A stretch of 63,107 nt of DNA, counting the filler, from Squatina squatina (taxonomy: Eukaryota), in the NCBI GenBank assembly GCA_031763465.1. It is 4 parts of 3 records of this genome, joined end to end, with 100 filler letters (N's around TTAATTAATTAA, not from the genome) between each part and the next. Parts side by side here need not be neighbours in the genome. Positions count along the whole stretch, not along the records: positions 1 to 17,683 come from JARFOE010000192.1; positions 17,784 to 31,815 come from JARFOE010000192.1; 2 more parts are not named here. One strand, 5' to 3'. The translations under genes and the position numbers were made by a program. The notes beneath the pieces are model-generated. The model saw only the letters and a program-made list of their open reading frames with translations, was not told the DNA's origin and ran no database searches. This document shows, one piece after another, positions 13,040-25,973 of the stretch (position 1 is the stretch's first letter; each line of letters opens with the position of its first letter).

Positions 13040-16000
13040 CGGGGGCACTTATGGGGTCAGTTGGTGCTTGGGGACGCCTGCTCCTTGCAATGTGAGGAGA
13101 GCTGTGTCTCTGCCTTTGTCCCTGTATCGACCGTCTCCTTCTGATCAGGGACTACCTCAGGCCCATCAGAAGACGACGGTCGATCGCCTGACCGGCAACC
13201 ATGTTGATGGGCCAAATGGCGGGGCAAGTGAGTGGCCATTGCTGGGGCTAGATGAGCTCAGCTCATTAGTGAAGGAGCTGTGAAGAAGCCTCAGGCAGCA
13301 GGTCGACATCCGATAAGTTCCCCTGCACCCACTGGGAGTGATAGCTCTGTTCCCGATGTTTTGCACCTCTACCAAGATGGCGGCCGGACCCGTCAGAGAA
13401 GTGTAGTGCCAACCTTTCCAGGAGTTACATTTGGGAGGTCTCTTTTCGCGCTAACATTGGGGAATTTCGCTACAGGGCGTCAACGAGGCGTTGTACGCAC
13501 TGATGTCATCGAAGACGCAAACACAATCTCGTCTGGCCATGAGGGTGCAAAACTTTAGCGCCTAAAGTTTTTGGGTATGGAATTTCGTGGGAGGTGCTAA
13601 ATGGTATGTTTATTTCAAAATTGTAGTTTTTCTTTTAAAGTCTACTTTTTGTTTAAGTTTGTTTGGGAGAGAAAAAACACCAATTATAGACTGCTTTCAT
13701 ATTTCCAGCTATGACTCAGTTGACTGCGAGCAAAGCCTGTGCTTGACCCACAATAAGCAGGTGCTCATCAATGAAAAGGTGACCTGAATGGCAGCAGCTG
13801 TAACAGACTAGCTGTGATAATGAACATATTCTGGCTCTATACTATGGCATCGTTATGACAACAAGCACAAAACATATTTCGCTCTATGTTTGTAACAGGC
13901 CCTTTTTATGAGCCTTCTGAGTGTGCACCCCTTCCCCTGCATGACAGCTGATTATCAATGATGTGCTCAGAAGTTCAATAGCAACAACTAGGTTGTTTAT
14001 TTTCTTACCAGAATATATAATACACTGATATCTCTGCTACCCTTTATGTTTCCCAGGCACCTCTCCCTGGTGCATTGCTCTACACAATGATTGCTGGCAG
14101 CTCAAGGTTGAATGCAAGTTCAAAGCAGTAGCTACCATTTGATAATAACTGCAATGGACAATGGTAATTAAATTGATATAATGGATTTCTACTAGTTTTA
14201 CATCATACAATGAATTACATTATTTACTATCCATGATGTGATTGACTACTTGGGTTAAATTGTATAGAAAGGCCTCATACAATTGGCAACCTATATTTTC
14301 TGATATTTAATATTACTAAAAATAACATGAAGGTACAGATATGTAAGCAGTATATTAAATGTCTAGAAATCATGATGCCTAAATTAGTGCCCAAAACCAG
14401 GCCCAATTCATGTGGTGCACAGCCAAAGCAGAAAGGCCCGAGAACCATCCTAAATTGGTCTTCAGGCTGAATCATTATAATTGCGGTGAGCTACAGTCAT
14501 CAATTGGGCACCCCAATATAGTTCACCAATTGGAACCTGNNNNNNNNNNNNNNNNNNNNNNNNNNNNNNNNNNNNNNNNNNNNNNNNNNNNNNNNNNNNN
14601 NNNNNNNNNNNNNNNNNNNNNNNNNNNNNNNNNNNNNNNTTATAATGGATGACTTCAACATGACTGGAGGCTGACTCTGAGGAACAGTAAGAGATCTCAT
14701 AGCAGTGCAATGTACTGTACTTGAACAGAGCAGTAGCTGATATGAACATTCTGCAGGCCCATGTGGCTAGAAGCACAGGAACAGCGAGTAGCTATCAGGT
14801 TGCCACCAGTCTCTTGCTTGCAGCTGCCTCTGGACAAGTGGCAGGAGAAGGCCCTGCAGTTACAACTGGGCAATTCATTCCTGGCACATAGGCAGGATTT
14901 TCTGTGTCTGTTACTTTTCTAAGTAGGCAGCCAGCTGAATCAGAAGCAGACCTGCAGCAGACCTCTGAGGAAACCTTCACATCTACACCTTACAGTAATA
15001 CAACAACAACTTGTACTTATGTAGCACCTTTAACGTAGTTAAAGTCCCAAGGTACTTCAAGGAGTATTAGAAAACAAAATTTGACACCGAGCCATATAAG
15101 AAGTTAGAACACAGCAGGAAGCTATTTGTCCTATTGCATCTATGCCAACAGTAGCTTTTCAATTGTAACTATGTACTCTACTCCCATTTTCAGACCCTTT
15201 AGCAAATCCTTTTATATTCTTTGTTTCAAATATTTAATCAATGCCATATTAAGCCGTGGTCTCTGTCTTAATCAGCACTTGTGCAGAGTTGGATTAAGAA
15301 TTCCAGTAGCCCTGGGCACCAAAAATATTCGGGGCCACTCCGCAACTTTCCTCCACCCCCGCACAAACCCGCTATCCCACCACCGATCTACTAAAACACA
15401 AACATGTAGTAAAATGCTTGAAGAAATAGGTCTGTAGAATGGTTACATACTACATTACTAATAAAGCAAATCATAGCCAAAAGGGTTCTTTGTAACATCA
15501 GCCAGGCTTTAGTACAGGCAATTACTCATCAGGTGACTGATGCACTTTACAGCAGAGCTGGGGAATTGATCCACATTCATCACAATGAGACAGCAGTGAG
15601 ATAGGGCCATCCAGTTTTATGTGGTTGCTGGCTTCCAAGATCCAGGATGAAATAGATGGCACCCATGTGGCTCTGTGAGTTCCTACAGCCAACCCCTCAA
15701 CTTCCTTAATTGAAAAGGCTTTCACTCCCTAAATGTACAGACTGTATGACAACACAAAAGATTCACCACGTCAATGCAAGATATGCTGGAAGTTGCCATA
15801 ATTAATTTATCCTTTGTAATTCAGCCTCCCCTGATCTCTTTAAGGAAGGAGATCATATCAAAGGACGGCTTGTAGGTGACAAGGCATATTCCTGCTGATG
15901 AATAACAATCACACTAAGAGCAGCTTGTACAGCAGCAGTGAGACATATGCCTCTACCATAGTAAGTGAGAGGACCAGATGGATCTTAAAGGAGTCCTTTC

Positions 16001-17683
16001 ACTGCCTTGACAGGTCGGAGGGGCTCCGTAGTATGCCCCTGCTCATGTGTCATACATTGTTGTAGCTTGCAGATCCTGCATAACTTCAGCATTCAAAGAA
16101 GCCGTAGGGAGCGGAATTTCAGGGCCATTAAAATTAACAATCAATTTACACATACAATATGAACTAATCAACCTTGTGCAATCCCTTAGTGCCTGTCGTT
16201 CGGGTGCCCGCTCTGGTTCTTCTAGCTATTCGGTCTGCATGCCCGTCACCCTTCTTCTGAAGCCCACCCCATAGAGGTAGTCATCTGAGTCATGTGCAGC
16301 AGAATTTGCCCTCGAATTCACCCTCTGGGGAGCTGGCCTCGAGCAACCCTTTCCCCCGGCCTTGCTGTAGTCCACTCCTGCCTGGTGTCTCACCATGTGC
16401 AGATTCCGCATCTACATTATCCTCTAAATTCTGCGCAGTGCCAGTTTCTGAGCTGGTGTCTGCGAGTGCCAGATGCAATGACAGTGTGCCGCCGCCATCT
16501 CCTTCACTTTCCTCCATGGCTTTGGGGGACAGGTTCTGCGGCTGGCAGTTCTTGATTATCTGNNNNNNNNNNNNNNNNNNNNNNNNNNNNNNNNNNNNNN
16601 NNNNNNNNNNNNNNNNNNNNNNNNNNNNNNNNNNNNNNNNNNNNNNNNNNNNNNNNNNNNNNCCTACATGAGAACTGTCGCGAGTCCTTATGAAAGGCCT
16701 CTGACTTTCCACAGACTAAGGATATCGCTCACCTGGAGCTGTAAATGTTTGCGAATCATTTTTCTTTGGCCTGGAAGGGCCTTGTGGTAGCTCACGTAGA
16801 ATGGCGGTGACCGCTGTACCGTACAAGGACAGATTGGGGGCGAGTACTGCCCTCGCAGCTCACCCAACCATGTAAATGACACTGTTCCAGCAATTTGGGA
16901 CAGAGTTTATGCCTTCATGCATGAGCAGACAGCGATTCAGCTCTGCTATGCTTGTACAGGTGGAGTAGGATGGTCATAATTTCAGGTGCTTTGCATTTGG
17001 GTAGACTTGTTCCTGCAACCCTATTCCTAATAAGGTATTTATCCAGCTTTTTTTTAAAATGAGTTAATCAACACACCATCAACTGCTTTTGCTGGGAGTC
17101 TCTTCCACATATCCAGTATTTCAAAAAACCATGAATTTCTTGTATCTCTTAAGGCTGTTAAATTTGCACTGTGCCCATTAACTCTGTGCTCACAGTCCAA
17201 GTTTAATAGCCTGCTCATAGCTACATTAACTGTGCCTCTGGCCATTTTGCTGTTAATTTGTTCAGCAGTGATAGTTTCAAGTATTGCAAGAATAAGCAGT
17301 ATTGTGACTGGGGACATTGCAATGAAAGATGTAACATTTGTCCCTCAGAAGGTACAAGAGCTGGAAAAGTTGCAAGTCTTTTTCATTGCACCGATATCTT
17401 GTTCAAGTGGCCTGATGATGTTTTCACAAGTCTATGAAACTTCTTTGACATGAAGTGTGTGACTGCACTACAGTGTTTAGCAAAAGCTACAGAATAACAT
17501 TTGTCCAATGATTGTTTGTGAAGATAGTCCCCATTTAAAATTCAGAATTATTAAAATTACTAAAGAAACCTTTCTAAGATGATTGCAGCAACAGTGATAT
17601 TAAATTATCTTCTGGTCTCTTTGCCATGTGTAGACTTAATTTTTGATGATATTTGAGAGACAGTCAATATAAATCGAGTATGT

Positions 17684-17783
17684 NNNNNNNNNNNNNNNNN
17701 NNNNNNNNNNNNNNNNNNNNNNNNNNNTTAATTAATTAANNNNNNNNNNNNNNNNNNNNNNNNNNNNNNNNNNNNNNNNNNNN
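17684..17783. other. Assembly spacer: 44 N + TTAATTAATTAA + 44 N
   Basis: Identical construction at 31816-31915 and 50289-50388. The 12-mer places stops in all six frames. Confidence 0.95.
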
Positions 17784-17920
17784 ATGAGGGTGAAGGGACT
17801 AGGGAGTTATGCTGATAGAGTTAGAGGAGGACAGATGGAAGGAGGCCCGAGTAGAGCATAAAGGCCAGCATGGAGTGGTTGGGCCGAATGGCCTGTTTCT
17901 GTGCTGTATATTCTATGTAA
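17784..17920 (+). mobile_element. CR1-clade LINE 3' tail
   Basis: gggccgaatggcctgtttctgtgctgtatattctatg is a typical shark CR1/SINE 3' terminus. Confidence 0.7.
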
Positions 17921-18795
17921 TGCAATGTAAAAGGTACTGCATGGTTTGAACTCCTGTTCTGCCCAGTTTCCACCAGGTGGAGGGAGTTTGAATCCCCACT
18001 TTTGTCTCTGGGTTTACGCATGAAGAGCAGCGAGTTGGGCAAATACTGGAGAGCCTGTGGTAGTATGTGCCAGCATGACTCTGCACTTTCAGGGAAGATG
18101 GATAAAGTTTAAATTTTCGGCTCAGACACCATGGGTTGAATGGCCTCCTTCTGTGCTGTCAATTTCTATGATACTATGATTCTATGAAAAATGTGCAAAC
18201 CGGTAAACAGAGAATGAGGATCCCAACTGCACGAGACAAGGAGGCATGTGTTTACTGATTTCATATGATTTCTGCTCGAAATATAGGTTGTTTGCTTGTG
18301 ATCGCCACCCACTTGCATACACCACTTGGTGTTGTGACAGGTATTCGCACTGTTCAGAAAGGCCAACATTGCCAAGACTAATATAGCTTTTTTTTAAATG
18401 TTCTATTAGCAATGAAATAATCACATCCTCTGAAATGCATAGACCCTAAAAACTGTGGTGAAAATGTCAAAGTTCTTTTGACATGCAAGCATTTTTTGAT
18501 GACTAGTGTCCCTTTAGCTGGACCATCTCAAAACGCTATTTCTTCCTCTTTACTCTCCCTGCTCACTCATTGACACACATGCCCCAATACGGCATCAGGC
18601 GGACTTTGTCATGAATGGGGTGGCCGAGGTGCCCCCTCCCCCGATTTTCAATTGCTGGCCACCCGTTTCTCAGGTAAGGAATGGGCGGCTCGCAGTTGAA
18701 AACAGCCCCCACAGTCTGCAGGAGAAGAGAAGTGATAGGGGGGAAAAGTTTTTAAAAAAGTAATGTTAAGTAATTATTTTCTGATTAATAATCAG

Positions 18796-19139
18796 GTACA
18801 AGAAGGATCGAGAAAAGGCTTACGGTTTGTTGGACTTGTGCAACACCAAAATCTTACAGCAAATTCAGTGGAAAAGCCTGAAGAGGCCTCAGGACTTAAC
18901 AGTCCTTCATGTCAAAACAACTCAACCAAAGAGGAAAAGAATGGTGGTCAAAATGTAAAAAACAATACCAATAGAGATAAACTCGCACAGAATCAGGAAT
19001 CGGAAGCTACAGAGGGGCAAGCAACACAAAAAATAAACCAAGGGGAGGCATCCCAGTGTGAAGGACAAGCTGGTCAGGATCAAGCCAAAGGTGAACAACA
19101 AATCAATGGCCAACCCATGGCAGACTTAACAAGTCAAGA
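18796..19139 (+). CDS. RFTN1: Raftlin (RFTN1) internal coding exon, truncated at the 3' end by a gap
   Basis: Acceptor aataatcag|GTA. Translation VQEGSRKGLRFVGLVQHQ matches the raftlin segment IQEAASQGLKFVGVIPQY and is followed by the expected low-complexity linker. Lies tail-to-tail with OXNAD1, as in other vertebrates. Confidence 0.85.
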
Positions 19140-19239
19140 NNNNNNNNNNNNNNNNNNNNNNNNNNNNNNNNNNNNNNNNNNNNNNNNNNNNNNNNNNNNN
19201 NNNNNNNNNNNNNNNNNNNNNNNNNNNNNNNNNNNNNNN

Positions 19240-19512
19240 ATAAGGGGTAAGCCATTTAGGACCGAGATGAGGAAAAACTTTTTCACCCAGAGAGTTATGA
19301 ACCTGTGGAATTCTCTGCCACAGAAAGCTGTTGAGGCCAGTTCATTAGCCATATTCAAAAGGGAGTTAGATGTGGCCCTTGCGGCTGAAGGGATCAGTGG
19401 GTATGGAGAGAAAGCAGGTACGAGGTACTGAGTTGCATGATCATATATTGCATGATCATAAGGCTCGAAGGGCTGAATGGCCTACTCCTGCACCTATTTT
19501 CTATGTTTCTAT
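19240..19512 (+). mobile_element. CR1-clade LINE 3' end (ORF2 C-terminus plus tail)
   Basis: IRGKPFRTEMRKNFFTQRVMNLWNSLPQKAVEASSLAIFKRELD, then the tail gaatggcctactcctgcacctattttctatgtttctat. Confidence 0.9.
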
Positions 19513-21024
19513 CTAATAACCAAGTAGGAGTTCACTTTTGGTGAGGATCAAGCAATGTAGACCTCCTGCAATCATTGTCTTCTTTCGTTTTACATTTGAA
19601 GACTGGCCAATTGGGCAAGCTATTAGAGGTCACTTCCCAAGTTAATCCAACTTTACAGTAAATGTATCCTTAAAGATTTCCATAGGATAAAAAGCAGTCA
19701 ATACAAACACACACGATGTTGACTATTTGTGGAAAATTAGCAGGCCAAGTTTCACTTAACTCAATAGTCATACAGCAAACAATAATCAGCACTAGGCTTT
19801 ACAAGCTTCTCAATGCTATACTTGCACAGTACATTTGTTCTTATGATGACCAAATCACAAAAGCAAATGCAATTTTTAAACATAGAAAAAACACATCTAA
19901 ATTTACAAGGGCTGCACAGGCTTGAGCCTCTTGGCCAAATCACATACTTTTCCTCAGCTGAAATGCTTAGACAGCCTTTAGCAGATCTGGTTAAATATTC
20001 AAAACTCCCAAGTCGCAGACTTCAGAACAGCTTGAAAACTTAAAACGAAGGGGCTGGAAAGTAAAACATTCCACAACATACTCCAGTTTTGTGAAAATAC
20101 CAGCATTTTCTCAAATACATAAATAAGTATTTATAAATAACAGTGCTAGTAGTTTGCTGTAGAACGGTCAGTCACCCAAAAGGAGTTTAGATTACAACCT
20201 TGGAGTCTGAACAATTTACTTATGTCTGTTCAAATATGGGCAGACATTAAATATCTTCCATCACTTTCTAATGGAAAATCTGAGATTAGCCATTTCTGCT
20301 GGAGCATTTTTAAACAGATGAATGATTTTTCAGTAGATGAACAATGAGTTTTAAAGGGGGCACTAATAAAACAGACCCTGAGATGAAAACGAGACAGCTG
20401 TTATAGCTGTCAAATCTTCATAAACCATAGCAATCTATAATCTAGCAAATTGCATTTTTCTTGCTTTGTGCATGCTACAATCATGTGGCGTTGATTTATC
20501 AGGCACTATTTTATTTATTTTTATGCAGATGTTTGCACAGACAAGCCATATGTTAGCCATTCCCAGGCTTTTCCAGTCCATTAACAACAAGAAAATTAGT
20601 TTGAAAGAACATTCAGATACAGGACACTGCATCTATAGACCAATAAATTCCAGGGATCGAAAGATGCTTCCATATTCTGATCTTGAAAATGTTTAAATAT
20701 CTAATGGTGGCAATAATGTGGGTAATGTAAAATGTACATAGATATTGACATATCTCTGAAATATTATTGCTATATTGGTCTTTGTAATGATGTTATATGG
20801 TATGAAGGAAACAGACAACAAGCCCGGTTCAAGACCAGGCTTTTTCTGTTTACCACATGTGTTTTATAGTTTCCACTCTGTATCCTTAATAATTTGCCTT
20901 AAAATGTTGTACTATACACACATATTCAAAGATGTATGAGGAAACAAATGGATATAGTGATATTGCTATATTTCACTGAATATCGGCTTTACCATAATCT
21001 CTTGGGTACACCTCAGGTGCAAAT

Positions 21025-21420
21025 CAGCTTGACTCAGTTTGTAGCATTCTAGCCTTTGAGGCCGAAGGTTGACGATTCAAAACAACTCCCAGGATTTGGA
21101 AACATAAACTGGGCCAATAGTTCACTACTGAGGGTGTGCAACATTGTCAGAGGCATCATTCTACAGATGAGTTGTTAAACTAAGATCCTATTTTCCTCTT
21201 CTGTTATTTGAGGTGAAGAAGGTGAAGAAGTACATTGAAGATCTCAAGGTACTATCTGAAGAAAAGCAGGGTGTATTTCCTGGCATCTTGACCATCATTT
21301 CTCCCTCATACAACACTACCAAAAATAGATTAACTAGTCATTCAGCCCATTGGTGTTTGTGACATTTTGTTGCATGCAAAATTGCTGCTGTATTTGCCTC
21401 CATGATATTTACTGTATGTG
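21025..21420 (+). mobile_element. tRNA-derived Deu-domain SINE (SacSINE1/AmnSINE1-like), decayed
   Basis: tRNA-like head cttgactcagtttgtagc...gattcaa, then a Deu-like core tactgagggtgtgcaacattgtcagaggc...gatgagttgttaaac. Similar to the copies at 28760 and 51290. Confidence 0.65.
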
Positions 21421-21446
21421 AAGATTAGTCACAACGTACAAGGCTA

Positions 21447-21715
21447 TGATAGCATAGTGGTTATGTTACTGGACTAGTAATCCAGAGGTCTGATCTATTA
21501 ATCCAGGGAGTGTAAATTAAAATCCCACCATGGTAGTTTNNNNNNNNNNGGAACAATGCAACTGGTCCTTACCTAGGCTGGCCTATGTGACTCCAACATG
21601 GTTGACTCTTAATTGCCCTTCTGAAGTGGCCTAGAAAGCCACTGTGTTGTATCAAACTGCAATTAAGGATGGGGAATAAATGCCAGTCTTGGTAGCGACA
21701 ACCTGAGAATGAATT
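21447..21715 (+). mobile_element. tRNA-derived SINE with a LINE-derived 3' tail
   Basis: tRNA-like head (A-box tagcatagtgg, then ttatgttactggactagtaatccagagg and a degenerate B-box aaatcccacc). The 3' end aattaaggatggggaataaatgccagtcttggtagcgac resembles the LINE tail at 10160-10210. Confidence 0.75.
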
Positions 21716-22545
21716 TTAAAATGTCATCTGAATAGTGTACACCATATGGGGCAGCTACTTTGGAATTCAATAGAGAAAATGTAAGAGGCAAATAATCCTG
21801 CTGATTTGAGAGTTTTACCATTTTACTTGGTATATTAGAACTCGACACATTTTTAAATGTACGCTGGATGTTTCTTTGGTGGTTTCTCCTGCTGCGCTGC
21901 CTTATCTTTGGGGAAAACCCCAATTACATGTGTAAACAGAATTTTCGTCCAAGGTACGGCAGTGGAGCAGGAGAAACCTGAGTGAATTCCCCCCGATAGA
22001 AATCCTTGTACATTTAGGAGCTTTGTAAAATGAATACCAAATAAGAGTAGTAGCAGAAGTTAAAAAGATAAACACTACACTTGCTGGCTGAGTATACTGT
22101 CTTGGAAAATACTGCATGCACATAATATACACAGGGAGCAACAGTTTGGAATTAAATATTAAAATTCAACTTTTAGTACTGTCTTCTAGTTTTTTAGCAG
22201 TCTCAAAATAAAATCCAGCAAAATCCTGCTTTAATAGTCTCTGAATAGCCTCTAATCGAACACTACTTTAGTTCTTCAAGAATAATCCCTAGTTGAACGG
22301 TCATACTTTAATCGTTTCTAGTTGTGCTTTAACAACCTCGGAGTAATCCCTGTACACCCTAATTTTCATTGCACAGTACTTTCTGACAATGCAAAGAGAA
22401 AAAATGGTATATTGTTCAACTCAGTTACACCCAAACCAGTATAAAATATAAAAATATGTTTAAAAGTACTTTACTATGTTGTATATGATATAATTGTAAT
22501 TCTTATTAAATTCACATAATTAAAAACTTTTTTGTTTCTTTCTAG

Positions 22546-22749
22546 AAAATGAGATGTTTCTCTTATTCAATAAACCACAAGCAAATCAGAAATCTTACAA
22601 GTATTATACAGCCACAATTCCACTGAAGATCTGTAAAAAGGGACAGGATATTAATAGTATAGAAGCAGACTGGCTAGAGCACATGACCCAGCACTTCACA
22701 AAGGGAGCCCTGTTGGTAGATGCTTTGATTTGTCTGGGAGCACCAACAG
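22546..22749 (+). CDS. RFTN1: Raftlin (RFTN1) internal coding exon
   Basis: Polypyrimidine acceptor ttgtttctttctag| and donor AG|gtatgg, phase 1-1. NEMFLLFNKPQANQKSYKYYTATIPLKICKKGQDINSIEADWLEHMTQHFTKGALLVDALICLG aligns with human EIFTLFNKPKSHQKCRQYYPVTIPLHVSKNGQTVSGLDANWLEHMSDHFRKGGMLVNAVFYLG. Confidence 0.93.
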
Positions 22750-25700
22750 GTATGGAATCCAAATCTTTCCAGATGAAAATTGTAATTAGCTTCATTTATA
22801 ATGCTAAATAAGAGACCTGAGATATATTATACTTTGATCCATTGTGGGAGACATGGTATGATGGTCCTGATGCAGATTCTAAGTGGAATATGAATATGTG
22901 CTTGATACAAATATTAAGTGAATTTTCAACTGTTGTCTTCTTAAGGTAGCTCTGACAAATGGAAAGCTTTATAAAATAATAGAGTTTCAAATTCAAAGTA
23001 AACTTAAAAATGGCTTTTACTTTTCAGACAGTAAGTTGAAAACATCATCTTCTAACCTGTAAACTTCTCTGCTGGAAATGCTCATCGCTGTTAAACTGTG
23101 ATGCTCCTTCACTGTTTTTATATAATTCTGAGGTACATCTTTCCCTGTCTTGCACAGAGCAACCCAGTTCAAAAGTTAGTGTTTAATTCCACCAAATTAC
23201 TGAGATATAAAAAATGTAGAGGTATATTTGCTTATCTTTGGAGATGTCAGTCTGTCAGTTGGGTACAACAAAGGCTGATTGCTACGACTTTGGTTTCTGC
23301 TCTGAACATTTTCATCTGGCTTAGCATCTCAGACCACTCTTGCTCCCTATGAGCTGCAGTGCACTTTTGCCTGCCCAATATCTAGCTTATCTGTAGTGAG
23401 TCCAGGGATTGAACAGAAACCTCCTCATTATTTATTTTGACATACTGGTTATATCATGTGCCATTGCGATCTTCCTCGATTTCATCAGTTGGTAGAATAA
23501 ACACTTCATTAGACTGTAGTTTATAGATTCATGAAATAAATAAACAGAAACAATGAAATGCTAACAGTTGTACAAGCTCATCCCTCCTAAAAAAAACTTT
23601 GGTGCTAAACTGCAATGTGAACTGGACAGACACAAGGGGGAAGATTTTCACTGGCGCTGCTGGGTGGAAACCTTTTTGTATCCGTAAAATGGTGGGAAAA
23701 GCTTACCCATCCATTCCTGCTCCTGCTTCGGCCAAAATACATTCTGTACTGAAAGGGTTAACATATGCTGCTTTGTTTTGGTGTTGCTTTGGGTGTTTTT
23801 CATTGCTATAGCACTTAGTTTGCTTTGAATGTTCCCCATTTGTGTCTGTGTGGGTCCGCTGAAAGAGTTCTCCACTTAATTCAACTTTCCCTGCTTTTTC
23901 TCTGTACTATCTATCAGTCTTATTTTACTTTAATGCTTCAATTACAATTCTATGTAGCACTGAATTATCTTAAGGTAAGTGGAGCTATAGAGGCCAAATG
24001 TATAACCTTTAGCGAATTGTAAAAGCTAATGGCCTGGAAATTACGCTCAGTGGTGAAGCGACAGCATTTGTCGCTAATCTCGAAGAAAGCAGCCCACAAA
24101 GATCTTGCGTTCTCTATGGCGAAAACTTGAGCTTCCCCAATGTTAAATTGATTGTAGTGCTGTCAAAAGGAGATCCCTAGCAGAGAGCAGCAGTGATGTC
24201 ATCAAGCTGTCTAGGGAGCCACTCACATTGAAGAATTCTCACAGACAGCAAACCAGGAAATTTTTTGTTTGTATACAGGAAATAAAAAGCACTGATTCAA
24301 ATCACTTTTTAAANNNNNNNNNNNNNNNNNNNNNNNNNNNNNNNNNNNNNNNNNNNNNNNNNNNNNNNNNNNNNNNNNNNNNNNNNNNNNNNNNNNNNNN
24401 NNNNNNNNNNNNNTCCTAAGATGGTAGCTTAACTAATATCTTTCACAAATGTAATTTGTCATACAGATGATTTAGATGGAAAGGAGAATAGAACCAATAT
24501 GAATTAGTGCAGAGTCCACTATTCCACAAATTTCATCTGAGCTGTCAACACTAGAATAAGGCTGGTGTGTGATCTGACCTGTAAAGCATTACCTCCTTCC
24601 CCACTGTGATTGAAGTAAAGTATTTATAAAGTATCGTGCCTTCAGCTTGATTCTTAAAGTACCACCATAACCTATTATTTGAAGCAACAACACAACCAAT
24701 TTTTGCTGCCTGCAATGGAATTAATAGTGGCCATAATGCTAATTACATCTCAAAGGGATAAAGAGAAGTAAGACAAATACAGTATTTGATGAAAATATAA
24801 AATGAGCAGCATTGGGTTTACCTATTCTGAAGGATTATGACAGGAAGTGATTGTATGACGCTATCCTCGAATTCCTATTCAGTTAATTCAACCCCATACT
24901 TAATTTTCTGCCACTTAAAGTTTTTATTATTTAAGAGACAACCATATGTATCTAATTTTTAAGGAACCTGAAGCCAAGGTTTAATCTGTAGAAATTGAAT
25001 TTCAAAATAAAATGAGTTGACTTTTTAGACAGATGGATAAGAGTACATAATGTTAAATAAATACATTTTTAATCATTTAGAAATTATCTACAATTTTTTT
25101 AAATTCCCCAATGTCCTTAAGTTCTGTTTTTACAGCAAAAGGCCATGTGAATTGAGAGGCCACTCAATTAGGGGATAAGTAAAATCTTTATTTCTTGTGA
25201 GGAACATTTAAAAGAACAAAAGAATTAAATAGAAGCAAGTTGGAAATGATGATAACTGAAGAATGATACAATTGTAAGTCCTTAAGACTGCAATATATGT
25301 ACGGTGTTTTACATTGTTTAATATTAAGAGGATGAAGTTCCTCTTGATAATTTTAGCAAAAGAATCAGTTTGAATGTAAAATGGGAAATTCCATTTGGTA
25401 ATCATGTTGACTTTTCACTAAAGTTATTCAACAGGAGGAATTTTACCCCCAGATTTTCAGAGTTCGAGTGCCTTGAGGACCATTAGTCTGCAACCAAGTG
25501 TGACTGAGAGCCTGGATCTACCCCCAGGCTTCTGCCTACATGACTTTGAACTAATTACAAAGAGCTGGACCCGAGCAGTTCCAGCGATGACTTGCAATCC
25601 AATCTTCCCTCCACCCTTGAGCTGATGCCTCTGTTCCACTCTGGTGCTCCTCACAGCAACATAACTCAAAATGGCAACTCAGCAGAGTGGGGAATTGAAC

Positions 25701-25823
25701 TTGTATCCCACCACTCGCTGGAACCATAACACTTCACTTTAAAAAAAATAATAATTTGACAATGGACAGCCAGCACTAAAAATAATGAAAGCAACAAGGG
25801 GAATTCAAACCAACATTTCAATT

Positions 25824-25973
25824 TAAGAACATAAGAATTAGGAGCAGGTGTAGGCCATTCGGCCCCTTGAGCCTGCTCCACCATTCAATAAGATCATGGC
25901 TGATCTTCTACCTCAACTCCACTCTCCTGTACTATCCCCATATCCCTTGAATCTTTTAATATTCTAAAATCTA
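25824..25973 (-). mobile_element. CR1-clade LINE 3' end
   Basis: aagaacataagaattaggagcaggtgtaggccattcggccccttgagcctgctcc; same family as 5570 and 19240. Confidence 0.8.

Noticed and set aside
17232-17453. ORF with VPQKVQEL, faintly like RFTN1 exon 3 (LPAQLLEL)
   Set aside because: The diagnostic LY.QG...AA.HPF motif is absent, so this is probably chance.
18763-19431. 222-aa ORF suggesting an RFTN1-LINE fusion protein
   Set aside because: The RFTN1 exon and the CR1 ORF2 tail are joined only across a 100-N gap.
21447-21530. tRNA gene
   Set aside because: It is a degenerate SINE head with a broken B-box and no complete cloverleaf.
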